49,658 bases of DNA from an uncultured Gammaproteobacteria bacterium (GCA_964367065.1 CAYIWI010000002.1:1-49658); one strand, 5' to 3'; counted from the stretch's first letter, positions 35,881 to 46,343 are shown. Numbers and translations: made by a program. Notes: generated by a model from the sequence alone, not told the origin.

Positions 35881-37517
35881 GCCTCTATGTAGGAAAGAAA
35901 TATGGGATGAGGCCGAAGGGGCCGGCTTCGATATTCTGGGTGATACTGGGTGCCGAGAAAAAACGGATGCACAGACTTAGAGAGTTCAATAATCTCAACC
36001 AAATGCTCAATCACGCTCCTCCCGGCCAATATCATCCCGGATTGCTCAAGCTGATTGGCATATGCATCATTAAATTCATAACGGTGTCGGTGGCGCTCAC
36101 CGACGATGCGGTTTTTCGGATCATCATAGGCCTTGTACGCCGTATAACTGGCGTCCGCTATAGTTTCGGGGGTGACCCGGCACTCCCAACGCCCCAGTCG
36201 CATCGTGCCACCGTAGGCACGGCGTTTAAGGATATCCTGTTGCCCGGAAATCATGTGGATGACCGGGTGTGTAGTATCCGCGTCGCACTCCAGCGTATGG
36301 GCGCCTTTCAGACCCAATACATTCCGTGCATATTCAACAACGGCCAGCTGCATACCATAGCAGAGACCCAAATACGGAATTTTATGGACGCGCGCGTACT
36401 CGATGGCCATGATTTTTCCTTCAACTCCCCGCGGTCCCCAGCCGATCGGTACAATGATGCCGTCAACGCCTTCCAGTTCCGCCAAATTTCCCTTTTCCAA
36501 CTTTTCCGCTTGAATCCATCGTACCGTGGTATCCACACCCTTGTCCCAGCTGGCGTGGTCTATGGCATCCATAAGGGCTGCGTAGCTATCGCGCAGCTGA
36601 TATTCGCCGGTTGCAAAGTATTTGCCCACAATCGCGATGGTAATAGCCTTCGCTTTTTTGCTATGCACCTTCGCGACCATCTCCTCCCAACGTTTCATAT
36701 CGAGTTTTTTGTGCGCTAGTCCCAACATGTCCAAAATTTTTTCATCCATCTTCTGACTGGCTAGGTGGAGAGGCGCCTCGTAGGGCGTTTTCATGTCGAC
36801 GCTGTCGATCACATTTTCCGGATCCACGTTACAGAACAGCGCAAACCGGGCGCGCCGGCGCGCATCCATGGGTTTTTCTGAACGCGTCACGATGAAATCC
36901 GGCTGGATGCCCATGGAGTTGAGTGTCCGTACTGAAAGCTGCGTGGGCTTGGTTTTGGGCTCGCCCAGGTGCTGCGGCGTGGGCAGATAGCTTACGTGGA
37001 CGTGGATTACCGAGTTTTTTTTGTTGCGGGAAAGGATGCGTGATGCCTCATAATAGAGCGCATTTTGATACTCACCGGCAGTGCCTCCCAGTTCCACCAC
37101 CACAATGTCCGCGTTCTCCTTTTCTCCTGCCTCCTGGATACGCTTGAGAATTTCATTGGTCACATGCGGGATAGCTTCTACATCTTCACCGTCGTATCCA
37201 AAATTCCGTTCGCGCTCAATGACCGTCTTATAGATTTGCCCCATGGTAATGAAGTTATGGCGTTCCATGTTTTTGTCGAGGAATTTTTCATACGTTCCCA
37301 TATCCATGTCCGCCTCGGTCCCGTCTTCGCACAAAAACGGATCACCGTGTTCAATGGGATTGATGAGCCCCGCGTCCATGTTGAGGTAGTTTTCACACTT
37401 CACCGGGGTAACGCGGTAACCTCTATTTTGAAGAAGCAGGGCGATGGAGGCAGTGGTGACTCCTTTCCCAAGGCCGGATATCACTCCGCCGGAAACGAAG
37501 ATAAATTTCGTGGGCAT
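35862..37517 (-). CDS. pyrG: CTP synthase
   Basis: The N-terminus [15 protein letters not shown] is present, and the C-terminal glutamine amidotransferase domain has GLCYGMQ and the HRHRYEFN block. Confidence 0.97.
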   Translation of the reverse strand: MPTKFIFVSGGVISGLGKGVTTASIALLLQNRGYRVTPVKCENYLNMDAGLINPIEHGDPFLCEDGTEADMDMGTYEKFLDKNMERHNFITMGQIYKTVIERERNFGYDGEDVEAIPHVTNEILKRIQEAGEKENADIVVVELGGTAGEYQNALYYEASRILSRNKKNSVIHVHVSYLPTPQHLGEPKTKPTQLSVRTLNSMGIQPDFIVTRSEKPMDARRRARFALFCNVDPENVIDSVDMKTPYEAPLHLASQKMDEKILDMLGLAHKKLDMKRWEEMVAKVHSKKAKAITIAIVGKYFATGEYQLRDSYAALMDAIDHASWDKGVDTTVRWIQAEKLEKGNLAELEGVDGIIVPIGWGPRGVEGKIMAIEYARVHKIPYLGLCYGMQLAVVEYARNVLGLKGAHTLECDADTTHPVIHMISGQQDILKRRAYGGTMRLGRWECRVTPETIADASYTAYKAYDDPKNRIVGERHRHRYEFNDAYANQLEQSGMILAGRSVIEHLVEIIELSKSVHPFFLGTQYHPEYRSRPLRPHPIFLSYIEACSFRG

Positions 37518-37522
37518 AATCT

Positions 37523-37551
37523 ATCCTATCAAAAATACAGGGTTGTGTCAA
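37523..37551 (-). promoter_or_regulatory. candidate promoter TTGACA-17 nt-TAGGAT located 5 nt upstream of the pyrG ATG
   Basis: The minus strand reads TTGACAcaaccctgtatttttgaTAGGATagattATG. Confidence 0.55.
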
Positions 37552-37612
37552 AAAAGTAAAGGGTGTGAGTTGAAGCTCAGTCTTGTCTTCTTCTTGCTTC
37601 TTCATAGAAAAC

Positions 37613-37939
37613 CTAGCGCGCTTCAAGTGTTCTGGCATCGCCATAGGAAGCTTCTTCTTGTAAACCCGCGACACTGTATGGCTCTCGTGCTTCAATAAGG
37701 TGAAAGACGGTTGGACCGTCTCTTCCTCCTCCGTCTATTTTCTCTATGAGCCCTTGTTCCCGTAACGCGTTTACCCATCTGCGGGCGGTTTCATAATGTA
37801 CATCTGCCGCTGCCATTATGTCCGGCAGGGTAAACACACCTAGTGCCCTCATCGCTTCTTCAACTTCCTCACGTCTGTTTACCCCGGCCCAACCGCCCAT
37901 GGGAGGAGAAATATCAAATGTGAGTCGTTCTCTTCCCAT
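37613..37939 (-). CDS. hypothetical small protein with a probable winged-helix DNA-binding domain
   Basis: A helix-turn-helix-like segment is present (FTLPDIMAAADVHYETARRWVNALREQGLIEKI). I set the start at ATG 37939, because the ORF-track TTG at 37987 lies upstream of an intrinsic terminator. I recognise no family. Confidence 0.35.
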   Translation of the reverse strand: MGRERLTFDISPPMGGWAGVNRREEVEEAMRALGVFTLPDIMAAADVHYETARRWVNALREQGLIEKIDGGGRDGPTVFHLIEAREPYSVAGLQEEASYGDARTLEAR

Positions 37940-37947
37940 TACGTCAC

Positions 37948-37970
37948 AAAAAATCCGCGCAGATGCGCGG
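37948..37970 (-). terminator. intrinsic terminator-like hairpin (CCGCGC-ATCT-GCGCGG followed by ATTTTTTG) downstream of upp
   Basis: The minus strand reads CCGCGCATCTGCGCGGATTTTTTG, a GC-rich 6-bp stem with a 4-nt loop and a T6 tract. Confidence 0.65.
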
Positions 37971-38041
37971 TATGAGTATGCGGACAATGAATAATCGGTA
38001 ATCCCTCATGAGACATGCGGGCATTACCCTATTCCTCCTCT

Positions 38042-38071
38042 AGCGTACCGCACAAACTAAAATACTGTCAA
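38042..38071 (-). promoter_or_regulatory. candidate promoter TTGACA-18 nt-TACGCT immediately downstream of the upp stop codon
   Basis: The minus strand reads TTGACAgtattttagtttgtgcggTACGCTagaggagg. Confidence 0.35.
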
Positions 38072-38081
38072 GGAGGAAAAA

Positions 38082-38705
38082 TTATGTTCCGAAGTAGCGG
38101 TCGCCGAAGTCTCCCAGGCCCGGCACGATGTACGCGCGGTCATTGAGGTGCGAGTCCACAGCTGCGGTGATAATGGGCACATCGGGGTGGTTTTTTTGTA
38201 CGCGCTTGATCCCCTCCGGCGCGGAAACAATAGAAACGGCAACCATCCGTTTGGCGCCCTTTTGCTTGACGGCAACAAGAGTATCATCCATCGATCCGCC
38301 GGTTGCCAACATCGGATCAATCACGAGAACAATGTGCGTAGAAAATATTTTTGGTATTTTTTCATAGTAGGCCCGGGCGATTGCCGTTTTCTCATCGCGC
38401 TCAAGACCGATAAATCCCACGGACACCGCGGGCAAAAAGTCGCGAAGCGCAATAAGCATGGCCAGACCCGCACGAAGGACGGGGACGACGATGACGTCAT
38501 CCTTAAGCTCTTTGCCGGAAAATGGTGCCAGGGGAGTCTCGATCTTTTTTTCCTTGAGAAGCATGTGCTTTGTGGCCTCGATAAGAAGAATTTTCGACAC
38601 GACATCCGCGTGCCGCCGAAACTCTTCGGTCCCAGTATCTTTATCCCGGATGATCGTAAGGGAGTGGTCTATGAGCGGATGTTCTACGACCGTGACATGT
38701 TTCAT
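38082..38705 (-). CDS. upp: uracil phosphoribosyltransferase
   Basis: The pattern V.HPLI.H.LT..RDK.T....FR is present, together with the PRPP loop VLVIDPMLATGGS and the C-terminal YIVPGLGD.GDR.FGT. Confidence 0.94.
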   Translation of the reverse strand: MKHVTVVEHPLIDHSLTIIRDKDTGTEEFRRHADVVSKILLIEATKHMLLKEKKIETPLAPFSGKELKDDVIVVPVLRAGLAMLIALRDFLPAVSVGFIGLERDEKTAIARAYYEKIPKIFSTHIVLVIDPMLATGGSMDDTLVAVKQKGAKRMVAVSIVSAPEGIKRVQKNHPDVPIITAAVDSHLNDRAYIVPGLGDFGDRYFGT

Positions 38706-39355
38706 AACGCTCTTTTCTCCTGCAAAAACTTCTTTCCGTGACCGACCGTCGTGTTGATGGGCACTCCCTTTTTACACAGTTCGCAATCCGCAGCGTCCAC
38801 CGCAGAAGCCTGAAGCACCCCAAGCGACGAAAAGGGTGCACCCACAGTCTCACGATTTACGTTCTTAGGGTCGCGGTTAACCATAACGCAGACCGCCACC
38901 ACATTACCGCCAATAGCACGCACCGCATCCACAGCTTTCTTCACCGATATACCGGTCGTCGTGAGATCCTCAATGACCAAGACCTTCTTTCCTTTCACGA
39001 TTTTATCGTAGCCGCGACGAAATATCTGCTCGCTTTCTGCAGCCGAAGCAGTGGTGCCTTTGTCTTTTTCCGTATAAGCACTCATCACTTCCTTACCCTT
39101 AAGCTGCGATAGGTGATACGCGGTCCACTGGGAAAGAATCGTGCCGCCGACCGCTGGGGCCGCTACGACGTCGATGTCAACATCCTTAAACTTCTCCGCA
39201 AACATGCGGCCAACTAGAGAGGTTTCCGCCGTATGCGGATACAGGGCGTCCTTATTAATATACACGCTCCCGTGCTTGCCGGAAGTGTACACAAAATGAT
39301 CATCGGTCAACACTGCACCAATTTTTTTGAGAATTGCTACCACATCATCGACCAT
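38702..39355 (-). CDS. pyrE: orotate phosphoribosyltransferase (long/type-2-like PyrE)
   Basis: The PRTase PRPP loop VLVIEDLTTTG and the N-terminal HFVYTSGKHGSVYINK pattern are present. Its position inside the pyr operon supports the call. A GGAAGGAG site lies upstream. Confidence 0.78.
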   Translation of the reverse strand: MVDDVVAILKKIGAVLTDDHFVYTSGKHGSVYINKDALYPHTAETSLVGRMFAEKFKDVDIDVVAAPAVGGTILSQWTAYHLSQLKGKEVMSAYTEKDKGTTASAAESEQIFRRGYDKIVKGKKVLVIEDLTTTGISVKKAVDAVRAIGGNVVAVCVMVNRDPKNVNRETVGAPFSSLGVLQASAVDAADCELCKKGVPINTTVGHGKKFLQEKRAL

Positions 39356-39408
39356 TTGGTGCTCCTTCCTGCTATCATGTAACGGTACATGGTAGCATAT
39401 TTACGGTA

Positions 39409-40230
39409 CTACTTTCGATACCTGTTGATATCCACCTTCAATTTTTGTGCCTCGACTCTCGCTTTTTGTGCAAAATCTTCGTCGTTTGAGGCAAAAATAA
39501 TACTGCGGGATGAGTTGATGATAGCGTTTTTGCCTTGACTGTCAACACCTGCTTTGATGGTTTTTTCAACATCTCCTCCTTGTGCGCCAATGCCGGGAAC
39601 CAACAAAGCCATGTCCCCCACAATACGTCGTACAATCTCAAGTTCCCCGGGGTAGGTGGCACCAACGACTAAGCCACAGTTTCCATTTTCGTTCCATTCA
39701 TTTGCCACTTTCCCAGCAATCACTTGGTAAAGTGGCTTACCGTCAGTAACAAGATCCTGAAGTTCCCCAGCTCCGGGGTTAGATGTCCGGCAAAGAATAA
39801 AACTCCCCTTCTCTTTCCGCTCAAGAAATGGAAGTATCGCATCCTTCCCTAAGTAAGGGTGCAAGGTAATTGCGTCAGCGCCAAGGTAATCAAATGCAAA
39901 TTGGACATACCCTTCATTTGTGCTTCCTATATCTGCCCGCTTCGCGTCCAGAATAATCACAACCTCCGGGTACTTCTCCCTCAGGTAATCGCAAGTCATT
40001 TTCAGTTCTGCGATGCCTTGTACTCCCCTTGCCTCATAAAAGGCGCTGTTGGGCTTATAGGCGCACACAAGGTCATGCGTTGCGTCAATGATAGCTTTAT
40101 TGAAGGTAAACTGCGGAGCATTACCGCCTTGCAAATGCGCAGGAAGCTTATGTAACTCACTGTCCAGCCCTATGCAAACAAGAGAATTTTGCTTTTCAAC
40201 AATGGCGTCAAGTTTTTGGTAGAACGTCAT
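39409..40230 (-). CDS. pyrF: orotidine 5'-phosphate decarboxylase (type 2)
   Basis: The motifs LVCIGLD and ILDAKRADIG are present, and the 273-aa length is typical of type-2 ODCases. Confidence 0.9.
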   Translation of the reverse strand: MTFYQKLDAIVEKQNSLVCIGLDSELHKLPAHLQGGNAPQFTFNKAIIDATHDLVCAYKPNSAFYEARGVQGIAELKMTCDYLREKYPEVVIILDAKRADIGSTNEGYVQFAFDYLGADAITLHPYLGKDAILPFLERKEKGSFILCRTSNPGAGELQDLVTDGKPLYQVIAGKVANEWNENGNCGLVVGATYPGELEIVRRIVGDMALLVPGIGAQGGDVEKTIKAGVDSQGKNAIINSSRSIIFASNDEDFAQKARVEAQKLKVDINRYRK

Positions 40231-40233
40231 AGA

Positions 40234-41151
40234 TTAGTGCGCAACACCCACGAGTTCTTTGAGGTTATTGATCCCTTCCTTTTCCATATATGCGATCAAG
40301 CCTTGCTTGATTTCCTGGTAGACACCGTACCCTTTAAAATACGTTGCTGAACCGACACCAACAAGTGTGGCGCCGGCCATCATCATTTCTATGACGTCCT
40401 CCCACGTCGAAACGCCGCCCATACCGATGATTGGAATCTTTACCGCTTCGTAAATGTCATACACACAGCGTACGGCAATGGGCTTGATCGCAGGCCCGGA
40501 TACACCGCCTCGCTTTGCACCCAAAATTGGCTTTCTTCGGCTAATATCTATGAGCATCCCGGGCCCGGCCGTGTTGATCGCGACAATTCCATCGGCTCCC
40601 GCATCTTCGCACGCGCGGGCAACCTCGGCGATGTTGGGCACATTGGGAGTAAGCTTCGCAAGTACCGGTACCTTGCCGGCTATCTTTTTGACCGCGGAAA
40701 CGGCAGTAGCCGAAGATTCGCACCCTAGACCTAAAGCTTTCCCCATGTCGTCATCGACATTGGGGCAACTCAGGTTAAGCTCAAAAAGCTGTGGGTTGAG
40801 CGGACACAGCTCTTGAGCAAACCGTTCAAAATCCTTGACTTTCGTCGCAAATACACTCACGATAACGGGAACCGGTGACGTCTTCAAAAATTCTTTAATC
40901 AACGATTTTCCCTTGACGAGTCCGGGTCCACGAAGACCAACGGAATTAAGGAAGCCCTGCTCATACTTTGCTATCCGCGGAAGCGGATTACCCTCGCGTG
41001 GCTCAATAGTTAATGATTTCGTGGTAATCCCGCCTGCTCCGGCTTTAATCGCGCGCTCGTGATCCGCCGGGATTTCCTGCGCGATACCGGAGGGAAGAAT
41101 AAGCGGGTTCGGAAACTTCACACCGCAATAGGGTACCGTCAAATCTGCCAT
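40234..41151 (-). CDS. pyrD: dihydroorotate dehydrogenase, class 1 catalytic subunit
   Basis: The motifs NLSCPNV (the catalytic Cys), GGVSGPAIKPIA and IIGMGGV are present. No pyrK-like gene is adjacent. Confidence 0.9.
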   Translation of the reverse strand: MADLTVPYCGVKFPNPLILPSGIAQEIPADHERAIKAGAGGITTKSLTIEPREGNPLPRIAKYEQGFLNSVGLRGPGLVKGKSLIKEFLKTSPVPVIVSVFATKVKDFERFAQELCPLNPQLFELNLSCPNVDDDMGKALGLGCESSATAVSAVKKIAGKVPVLAKLTPNVPNIAEVARACEDAGADGIVAINTAGPGMLIDISRRKPILGAKRGGVSGPAIKPIAVRCVYDIYEAVKIPIIGMGGVSTWEDVIEMMMAGATLVGVGSATYFKGYGVYQEIKQGLIAYMEKEGINNLKELVGVAH

Positions 41152-41172
41152 TATGTACTCCTTTCCCTCATA

Positions 41173-42213
41173 CTATACGAGCTGGCCGTCTTGAACAAGG
41201 GTTTTGCCTCGCAAGACAACCTTTTCGGCCTTCCCATAGAGTTCCCACCCATCAAACGGGCTCCAGCCGCACTTCGTTTCGTAGCCGTCTTGCCCAACAA
41301 TGTAGGGCTTTTCCGTATCAAGTTCAATATACGTGTTTGCCTGATCAGGAATGGAAAAAATCCGCTTGGGATTTTCATAAAGCAATGTCGCAATGTCGCC
41401 ATGCGGCAATTTTTTCTCCTTCACTGCCTTCCATAACAACCCCAACGTCGTCTCCAGTCCCGGTACGCCAAATGGCGGCGTAGCGCTTTCCTTCTCTCTC
41501 TTGGTGTGCGGTGCGTGGTCAGATTCCACAAGGTCTATAGTATGGTCGGCAAGCCCATCCCAAAGAGCCTGGCGGTCTGCCGTACCGGCGATAGCTGGCT
41601 TTACTGCCGCGAAATTTCCGAGCTTCTGGATGTCTGCTTCGGTTAAAAATAAGTGGTGAGGGGTAACCCCTGCAGTCACGGCTTGATTCTTCTGCTTTGC
41701 CTTCCGCACGTGGTCTATATCATTTTGTGTTGCAACGTGGCACACATGGAGGCGACGTCCGTACGTCTGCGCAAGACCGATGCAGGTTGACAGGGTCTCG
41801 CCCTGTCCATGCACCAATATCGGCTTCTCGCTTTCCCATGCGCGAAATACTTGCTCAAGCACTTTTTCCTTCTCAATAAGGAGTCCTCCGGTCGTGTGGC
41901 TCGCATAGATTTTAAGGCCAAAAACGTGCCGATTTTGCCACGCGGCAGGGAATGTGTCGAGATTGCGTCCGTCCGTTCCGTAATGAAATCCCACATCGCA
42001 CACGGATTTTTGCGACGAAAGGGCTATCTTTTCGTGCAGTCGATCGATGGAGACAGTGGGAGCCGAGGGGTTATTGGGCATATCAATCACAAAAGTGAAT
42101 CCGCCGGTTACCGCAGCCCGCGTACCTGTTCTAAAATCTTCCTTATTCGTTACTCCCGGCTCACGAAGATGAACATGAACATCAATAAACCCGGGGAATC
42201 GCTGTAAAGACAT
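41173..42213 (-). CDS. pyrC: dihydroorotase (short form, 346 aa)
   Basis: The metal-binding motif DVHVHLREPG lies 10 residues from the N-terminus, and amidohydrolase His/Asp positions are present (HVCHV, ESDHAPH). The usual N-terminal adjacent-domain strands of type I enzymes are absent. Confidence 0.85.
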   Translation of the reverse strand: MSLQRFPGFIDVHVHLREPGVTNKEDFRTGTRAAVTGGFTFVIDMPNNPSAPTVSIDRLHEKIALSSQKSVCDVGFHYGTDGRNLDTFPAAWQNRHVFGLKIYASHTTGGLLIEKEKVLEQVFRAWESEKPILVHGQGETLSTCIGLAQTYGRRLHVCHVATQNDIDHVRKAKQKNQAVTAGVTPHHLFLTEADIQKLGNFAAVKPAIAGTADRQALWDGLADHTIDLVESDHAPHTKREKESATPPFGVPGLETTLGLLWKAVKEKKLPHGDIATLLYENPKRIFSIPDQANTYIELDTEKPYIVGQDGYETKCGWSPFDGWELYGKAEKVVLRGKTLVQDGQLV

Positions 42214-42215
42214 AG

Positions 42216-43139
42216 TTATCGCGTCAGTATGAGTGCCAACAGTGCCATGCGCATGTACATGCCATTGGGGATCTGCTGGGTCAGGTACACCGCGCGCGGA
42301 TCGCTGTCAACATCGGTTTCAATTTCGCCGACGCGCGGAAACGGATGCATGAGGATAGCGTTTTTGTTGAGCTTTTTCATCGTCTCAGGGGTAATCACGT
42401 ATGCATGCTTGACGCGCTCATATACATCCAGGTCAGTAAAGCGCTCCTTTTGCACACGGGTAACATAGAGCACATCTGTGGTTGCAAGCACGTCATCAAG
42501 CTTATCCATTTCCGCAACGTGGATACCCGCTTGTTTTGCTTTTTGCAGTCGCTCGGGTGGCATAGCAAGAACTGAAGGAGATACTAAGTTGACAACTTTG
42601 GGTTTATACAGTGCCAATAATGTCAAAAGCGAATGCACCGTTCTGCCGTTTTTGAGATCTCCCACTAACGTGATCGTCAATCCGTCAATCTTGCCAAATC
42701 GATCGATGATGGTAAAAAGGTCAAGAAGCGCCTGGGTCGGGTGCTCGCCCGGCCCGTCACCGGCATTGATCACGGGTTTTTCCGTGGCATCTGCAGCCGT
42801 ATGGCTGGCTCCCACGGTCGGATGGCGAAGCACAATAACGTCCGAAAAGCTGGCAAACGTCCGCACCGTATCGGGCAAGCTCTCTCCCTTTGCAACAGAT
42901 GAATACACCACTCCCTGGAGGGGAATAATACCTCCTCCCAGGCGCTGCATCGCGGCGATAAACGAGCCGAACGTGCGGCTGGACGGCTCATAAAAAAGAG
43001 CGGTCATGATCTTGCCTTTGAGGATATCCGTGGCTCCGTGTTTGACGACCACATCCCGCATCTCCTTCGCTTTTTCCACGACTGCCGCAATATCCTCGCG
43101 GGTAAACTGGTCGGCGGATAAAATGTCTTTTTTATACAT
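42216..43139 (-). CDS. pyrB: aspartate carbamoyltransferase catalytic subunit
   Basis: The motifs SSRT.GSF, HPTQALLD and HPFPR are present. The protein is 307 aa. Confidence 0.95.
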   Translation of the reverse strand: MYKKDILSADQFTREDIAAVVEKAKEMRDVVVKHGATDILKGKIMTALFYEPSSRTFGSFIAAMQRLGGGIIPLQGVVYSSVAKGESLPDTVRTFASFSDVIVLRHPTVGASHTAADATEKPVINAGDGPGEHPTQALLDLFTIIDRFGKIDGLTITLVGDLKNGRTVHSLLTLLALYKPKVVNLVSPSVLAMPPERLQKAKQAGIHVAEMDKLDDVLATTDVLYVTRVQKERFTDLDVYERVKHAYVITPETMKKLNKNAILMHPFPRVGEIETDVDSDPRAVYLTQQIPNGMYMRMALLALILTR

Positions 43140-43142
43140 ACA

Positions 43143-46100
43143 TTAGTTATACTCATTCCATGAACGGATTTCCAGATCTTCCATACGGTACCGTTCCAAC
43201 GATTCCACAAACAGATATGCCGACTGGGCGTTGGTGAATATAGGAATGGCAAGATCGATCGACATGCGGCGCATAATGTATCCATCGCTTTGTCCTTTGG
43301 TTACTTCAGACTTGGTGTTGTCAGTAAAGCGCTCGGGAAGAACAACCGAAAACCCTACGGTTCTCTCCTTAAGAAGATCCATAAAATTCGGATGCACGCC
43401 CTCATGAAGTTTTCCGACCAGCTGAGAAGCAATCCCGTGACGCTTTAAAAATTCGTGCGTGCCGCGGGTGGCAAATACCGTAAATCCCAGGCGATGGAGA
43501 CAGGCCGCACCTTCCAGAAACGCTGCCTTCCCCCCCGCACCTCCCAGGCTTAAAAATACTGCCTTTTTTTCCGGAAAATGCATGCCGGTAGAAAGCAGAG
43601 CTTTGAGATATGCCTCATATTTATCCCTGCCAAATGCCGCCACTTCGCCGGTGGAGCTCATCTCGACCCGAAGCACCGGATCGGCCCCCCGTAATCTCTT
43701 AAAGGAAAATTGCGGCACCTTCACCGCTACAGCGCGCATGGGTTTCTCGCTCACTGGTTTGACGTGTTTGCCCAGCGCTACATCGGTTGCCAGCGAAATA
43801 AAATTTTCCCGCACGACTTTGCTGACAAACGGAAAACTGCGGGAAGCCCGCAGGTTACACTCAATCACGTACGGAATTCCGTGAGAAACCAAAAATTGTA
43901 TATTAAACGGTCCATTCACGCGAAGTTCCCTGACTATGCGTCGTGCGGCATCTGCGATATCTTTTTGCACGGCCGGCGATAGGGAAAACGCCGGCAACAC
44001 CAGTGTGGCATCACCCGAATGTACCCCTCCATGCTCCACGTGTTCGGATAATGCGGAGGCAATAATACTGCCCCTTCCCGCTACCCCGTCAAAATCGCAT
44101 TCGGTTGCTCCCTGTAAAAACCTGCTGATGACCAGCGGATGCCGCCGGATATCAAGATCCAGATGCTTGAGATACGCGGTAAGCTGTGCCTCATTTTCAA
44201 TAACGAGCATGGCCCGTCCCGACAATACGAACGAAGGGCGAAGAAGTACCGGAAAGCCGATCTTTTTCGCCATTGTCAGTGAGTGAACTACCGAATGCGC
44301 TTCTTCCCACGCGGGCTGCGCGATATCTAACGCATCGAGCAGTTTGCTAAATGCATGACGATCCTCTGCCGCAACGATCGTTTTGGCATCGGATCCCAAA
44401 ATCGGTATGCCCAGGCGATCAAGCTTCGGTGCGAGATTGTTGGGAATCTGTCCGCCAACAGAAAGCATCAGGGGTGACTTTTCCAAATCATAGATATCCC
44501 GCACGCGTTCAAGGGAGAGCTCTTCAAAATAGAGATAATCGCTGTGATCGTAATCCGTGGAAACAGTTTCCGGGTTACAATTGACCATGACGGTTTTGAT
44601 GCCGTGATGCCGCAGTCTCGCAACGGTGGTTACCGCGCACCAATCAAATTCTACGGAGGTACCGATGGCGTACGGACCGCCTCCCAATACGATGACCTTC
44701 TTCTCCTTTGTTGGAATATGATCTGAGGAGCGAGCAGCGTAGGTCATGTATACATAATTTGTCTTTGCAGGGAACTCTCCGGCCATGGTGTCAATGCGCT
44801 TCACATACGGCTTGATGGCATACCGCATTCTTAATCGCCGCACCGCATCTTCGCTTGACTCACCAAACCGTGCAATCTGCGCATCGGAAAAGCCCTGACG
44901 TTTGGCATCGGCAAGAAGTTCAGGCTTGAGTGGCTCGCGCATAAGTCTGCGGTAGGTAGCAACGATTCTCTCCAACGAAAATAAATACCATGGATCTATA
45001 CCGGTCAGTGTGGCAATTTCCTTCGTGGTTATCCCGCGAGCCAAGGCAGCGCAAATCACGAATAACCGCTTCGCATCAGGAGTACTCAGACGTTTTCGGA
45101 TGGCAGCTCCGGAAAGCCGCATAAGTGTTTCATCTATCACCCCCTCATAACCCTGGTTGAGCATCCGTACCCCCTTTTGAATAGCCTCCTTAAACGTCCG
45201 CGCGATGCTCATCACCTCGCCGACGCTTTTCATCTCACTGCCGATGGTGGGATCTACTCCTTCATATTTTTCCAAATCCCAGCGCGGAATTTTTACCACC
45301 ACATAGTCAAGCGCCGGCTCAAAAAACGCACTCGTACATTTGGTGACGGTATTTCGAAGCTCCGGAAGCGTTTTGCCCAGAGCCAGCTTTGCGGCAACAT
45401 AGGCCAGGGGGTACCCCGTTGCTTTAGACGCTAGCGCGCTAGAACGCGAAAGCCGGGCATTCACTTCGATAATCCGGTACTCGCCGGTTTCGGGGTGCAG
45501 GGCAAACTGGATATTGCATTCCCCGACGATTCCCAGTTCCCGGATTGTGTCTATGGATATCCGCCGCAACATATAGTATTCACGGTCGTTAAGTGTTTGC
45601 GAAGGCGCCACAACGATCGATTCCCCGGTGTGGATACCCACGGGATCAAAATTCTCCATGTTGCAGACCGTGACACAGTTGTCATCCCTGTCCCGAACCA
45701 CTTCATACTCCACCTCTTTCCAACCGTAAAGGCATTCCTCCAGGATTACCTGACTGCCGAGTGCGAATGCATTCGCAAGAAGCAATCTGAGAACTTTCGC
45801 ATTTTGGGCAACACCGCTGCCCGTTCCGCCCAGGGCAAAACCCGTGCGCAGCATCACCGGATACCCGAGCTGTTTTGCCAGCGCCAAACCCTCGCCTACT
45901 GACGTTACGACCTTGCCTTTTGCGGTTTTAAGACCGATGCGATGCAATCGCTTGGCAAACAGTTCACGGTCTTCAGTATCGATAATTGCCTGAATCGGCG
46001 TGCCCAAAATGTCCACGGCATGGCGCCTCAAAATTCCCTTCCTATGCAGTTCTATACCGCAGTTGAGCGCGGTTTGTCCGCCGAAAGAAAGGAGGATTGC

Positions 46101-46343
46101 GTCGGGTTTTTCTTTTGCGATGATCTTTTCAACAAAATAGGGCGTCACCGGCAAAAAATAGATGCGGTCCGCGCCTCCTTCGGAAGTCTGGATCGTCGCA
46201 ATATTGGGGTTCACCAGAATCACTTCTTTGCCTTCTTCCTTGAGGGCCTTAATCGCCTGTGTTCCGGAATAATCAAACTCACCGGCTTCGCCGATTTTTA
46301 AAGCTCCTGATCCTAATAAGAGTACTTTTTGTATCCGTTTCAT
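43143..46343 (-). CDS. carB: carbamoyl-phosphate synthase large subunit
   Basis: It has two ATP-grasp halves and an MGS-like C-terminus. I moved the start to ATG 46343 (MKRIQKVLLLGSGALKIGEAGEFDYSG), which overlaps the carA stop as ATGA. Confidence 0.97.
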   Translation of the reverse strand: MKRIQKVLLLGSGALKIGEAGEFDYSGTQAIKALKEEGKEVILVNPNIATIQTSEGGADRIYFLPVTPYFVEKIIAKEKPDAILLSFGGQTALNCGIELHRKGILRRHAVDILGTPIQAIIDTEDRELFAKRLHRIGLKTAKGKVVTSVGEGLALAKQLGYPVMLRTGFALGGTGSGVAQNAKVLRLLLANAFALGSQVILEECLYGWKEVEYEVVRDRDDNCVTVCNMENFDPVGIHTGESIVVAPSQTLNDREYYMLRRISIDTIRELGIVGECNIQFALHPETGEYRIIEVNARLSRSSALASKATGYPLAYVAAKLALGKTLPELRNTVTKCTSAFFEPALDYVVVKIPRWDLEKYEGVDPTIGSEMKSVGEVMSIARTFKEAIQKGVRMLNQGYEGVIDETLMRLSGAAIRKRLSTPDAKRLFVICAALARGITTKEIATLTGIDPWYLFSLERIVATYRRLMREPLKPELLADAKRQGFSDAQIARFGESSEDAVRRLRMRYAIKPYVKRIDTMAGEFPAKTNYVYMTYAARSSDHIPTKEKKVIVLGGGPYAIGTSVEFDWCAVTTVARLRHHGIKTVMVNCNPETVSTDYDHSDYLYFEELSLERVRDIYDLEKSPLMLSVGGQIPNNLAPKLDRLGIPILGSDAKTIVAAEDRHAFSKLLDALDIAQPAWEEAHSVVHSLTMAKKIGFPVLLRPSFVLSGRAMLVIENEAQLTAYLKHLDLDIRRHPLVISRFLQGATECDFDGVAGRGSIIASALSEHVEHGGVHSGDATLVLPAFSLSPAVQKDIADAARRIVRELRVNGPFNIQFLVSHGIPYVIECNLRASRSFPFVSKVVRENFISLATDVALGKHVKPVSEKPMRAVAVKVPQFSFKRLRGADPVLRVEMSSTGEVAAFGRDKYEAYLKALLSTGMHFPEKKAVFLSLGGAGGKAAFLEGAACLHRLGFTVFATRGTHEFLKRHGIASQLVGKLHEGVHPNFMDLLKERTVGFSVVLPERFTDNTKSEVTKGQSDGYIMRRMSIDLAIPIFTNAQSAYLFVESLERYRMEDLEIRSWNEYN

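Noticed and set aside
38070-38146. A plus-strand AAGGAGG followed 7 nt later by an ATG (38084), opening a 20-codon ORF antisense to the upp 3' end.
   Set aside because: The same bases read on the minus strand form the TTGACA -35 region just after upp. The plus-strand peptide (MFRSSGRRSLPGPARCTRGH) is short, lies antisense to a conserved gene, and has no promoter that I can see.
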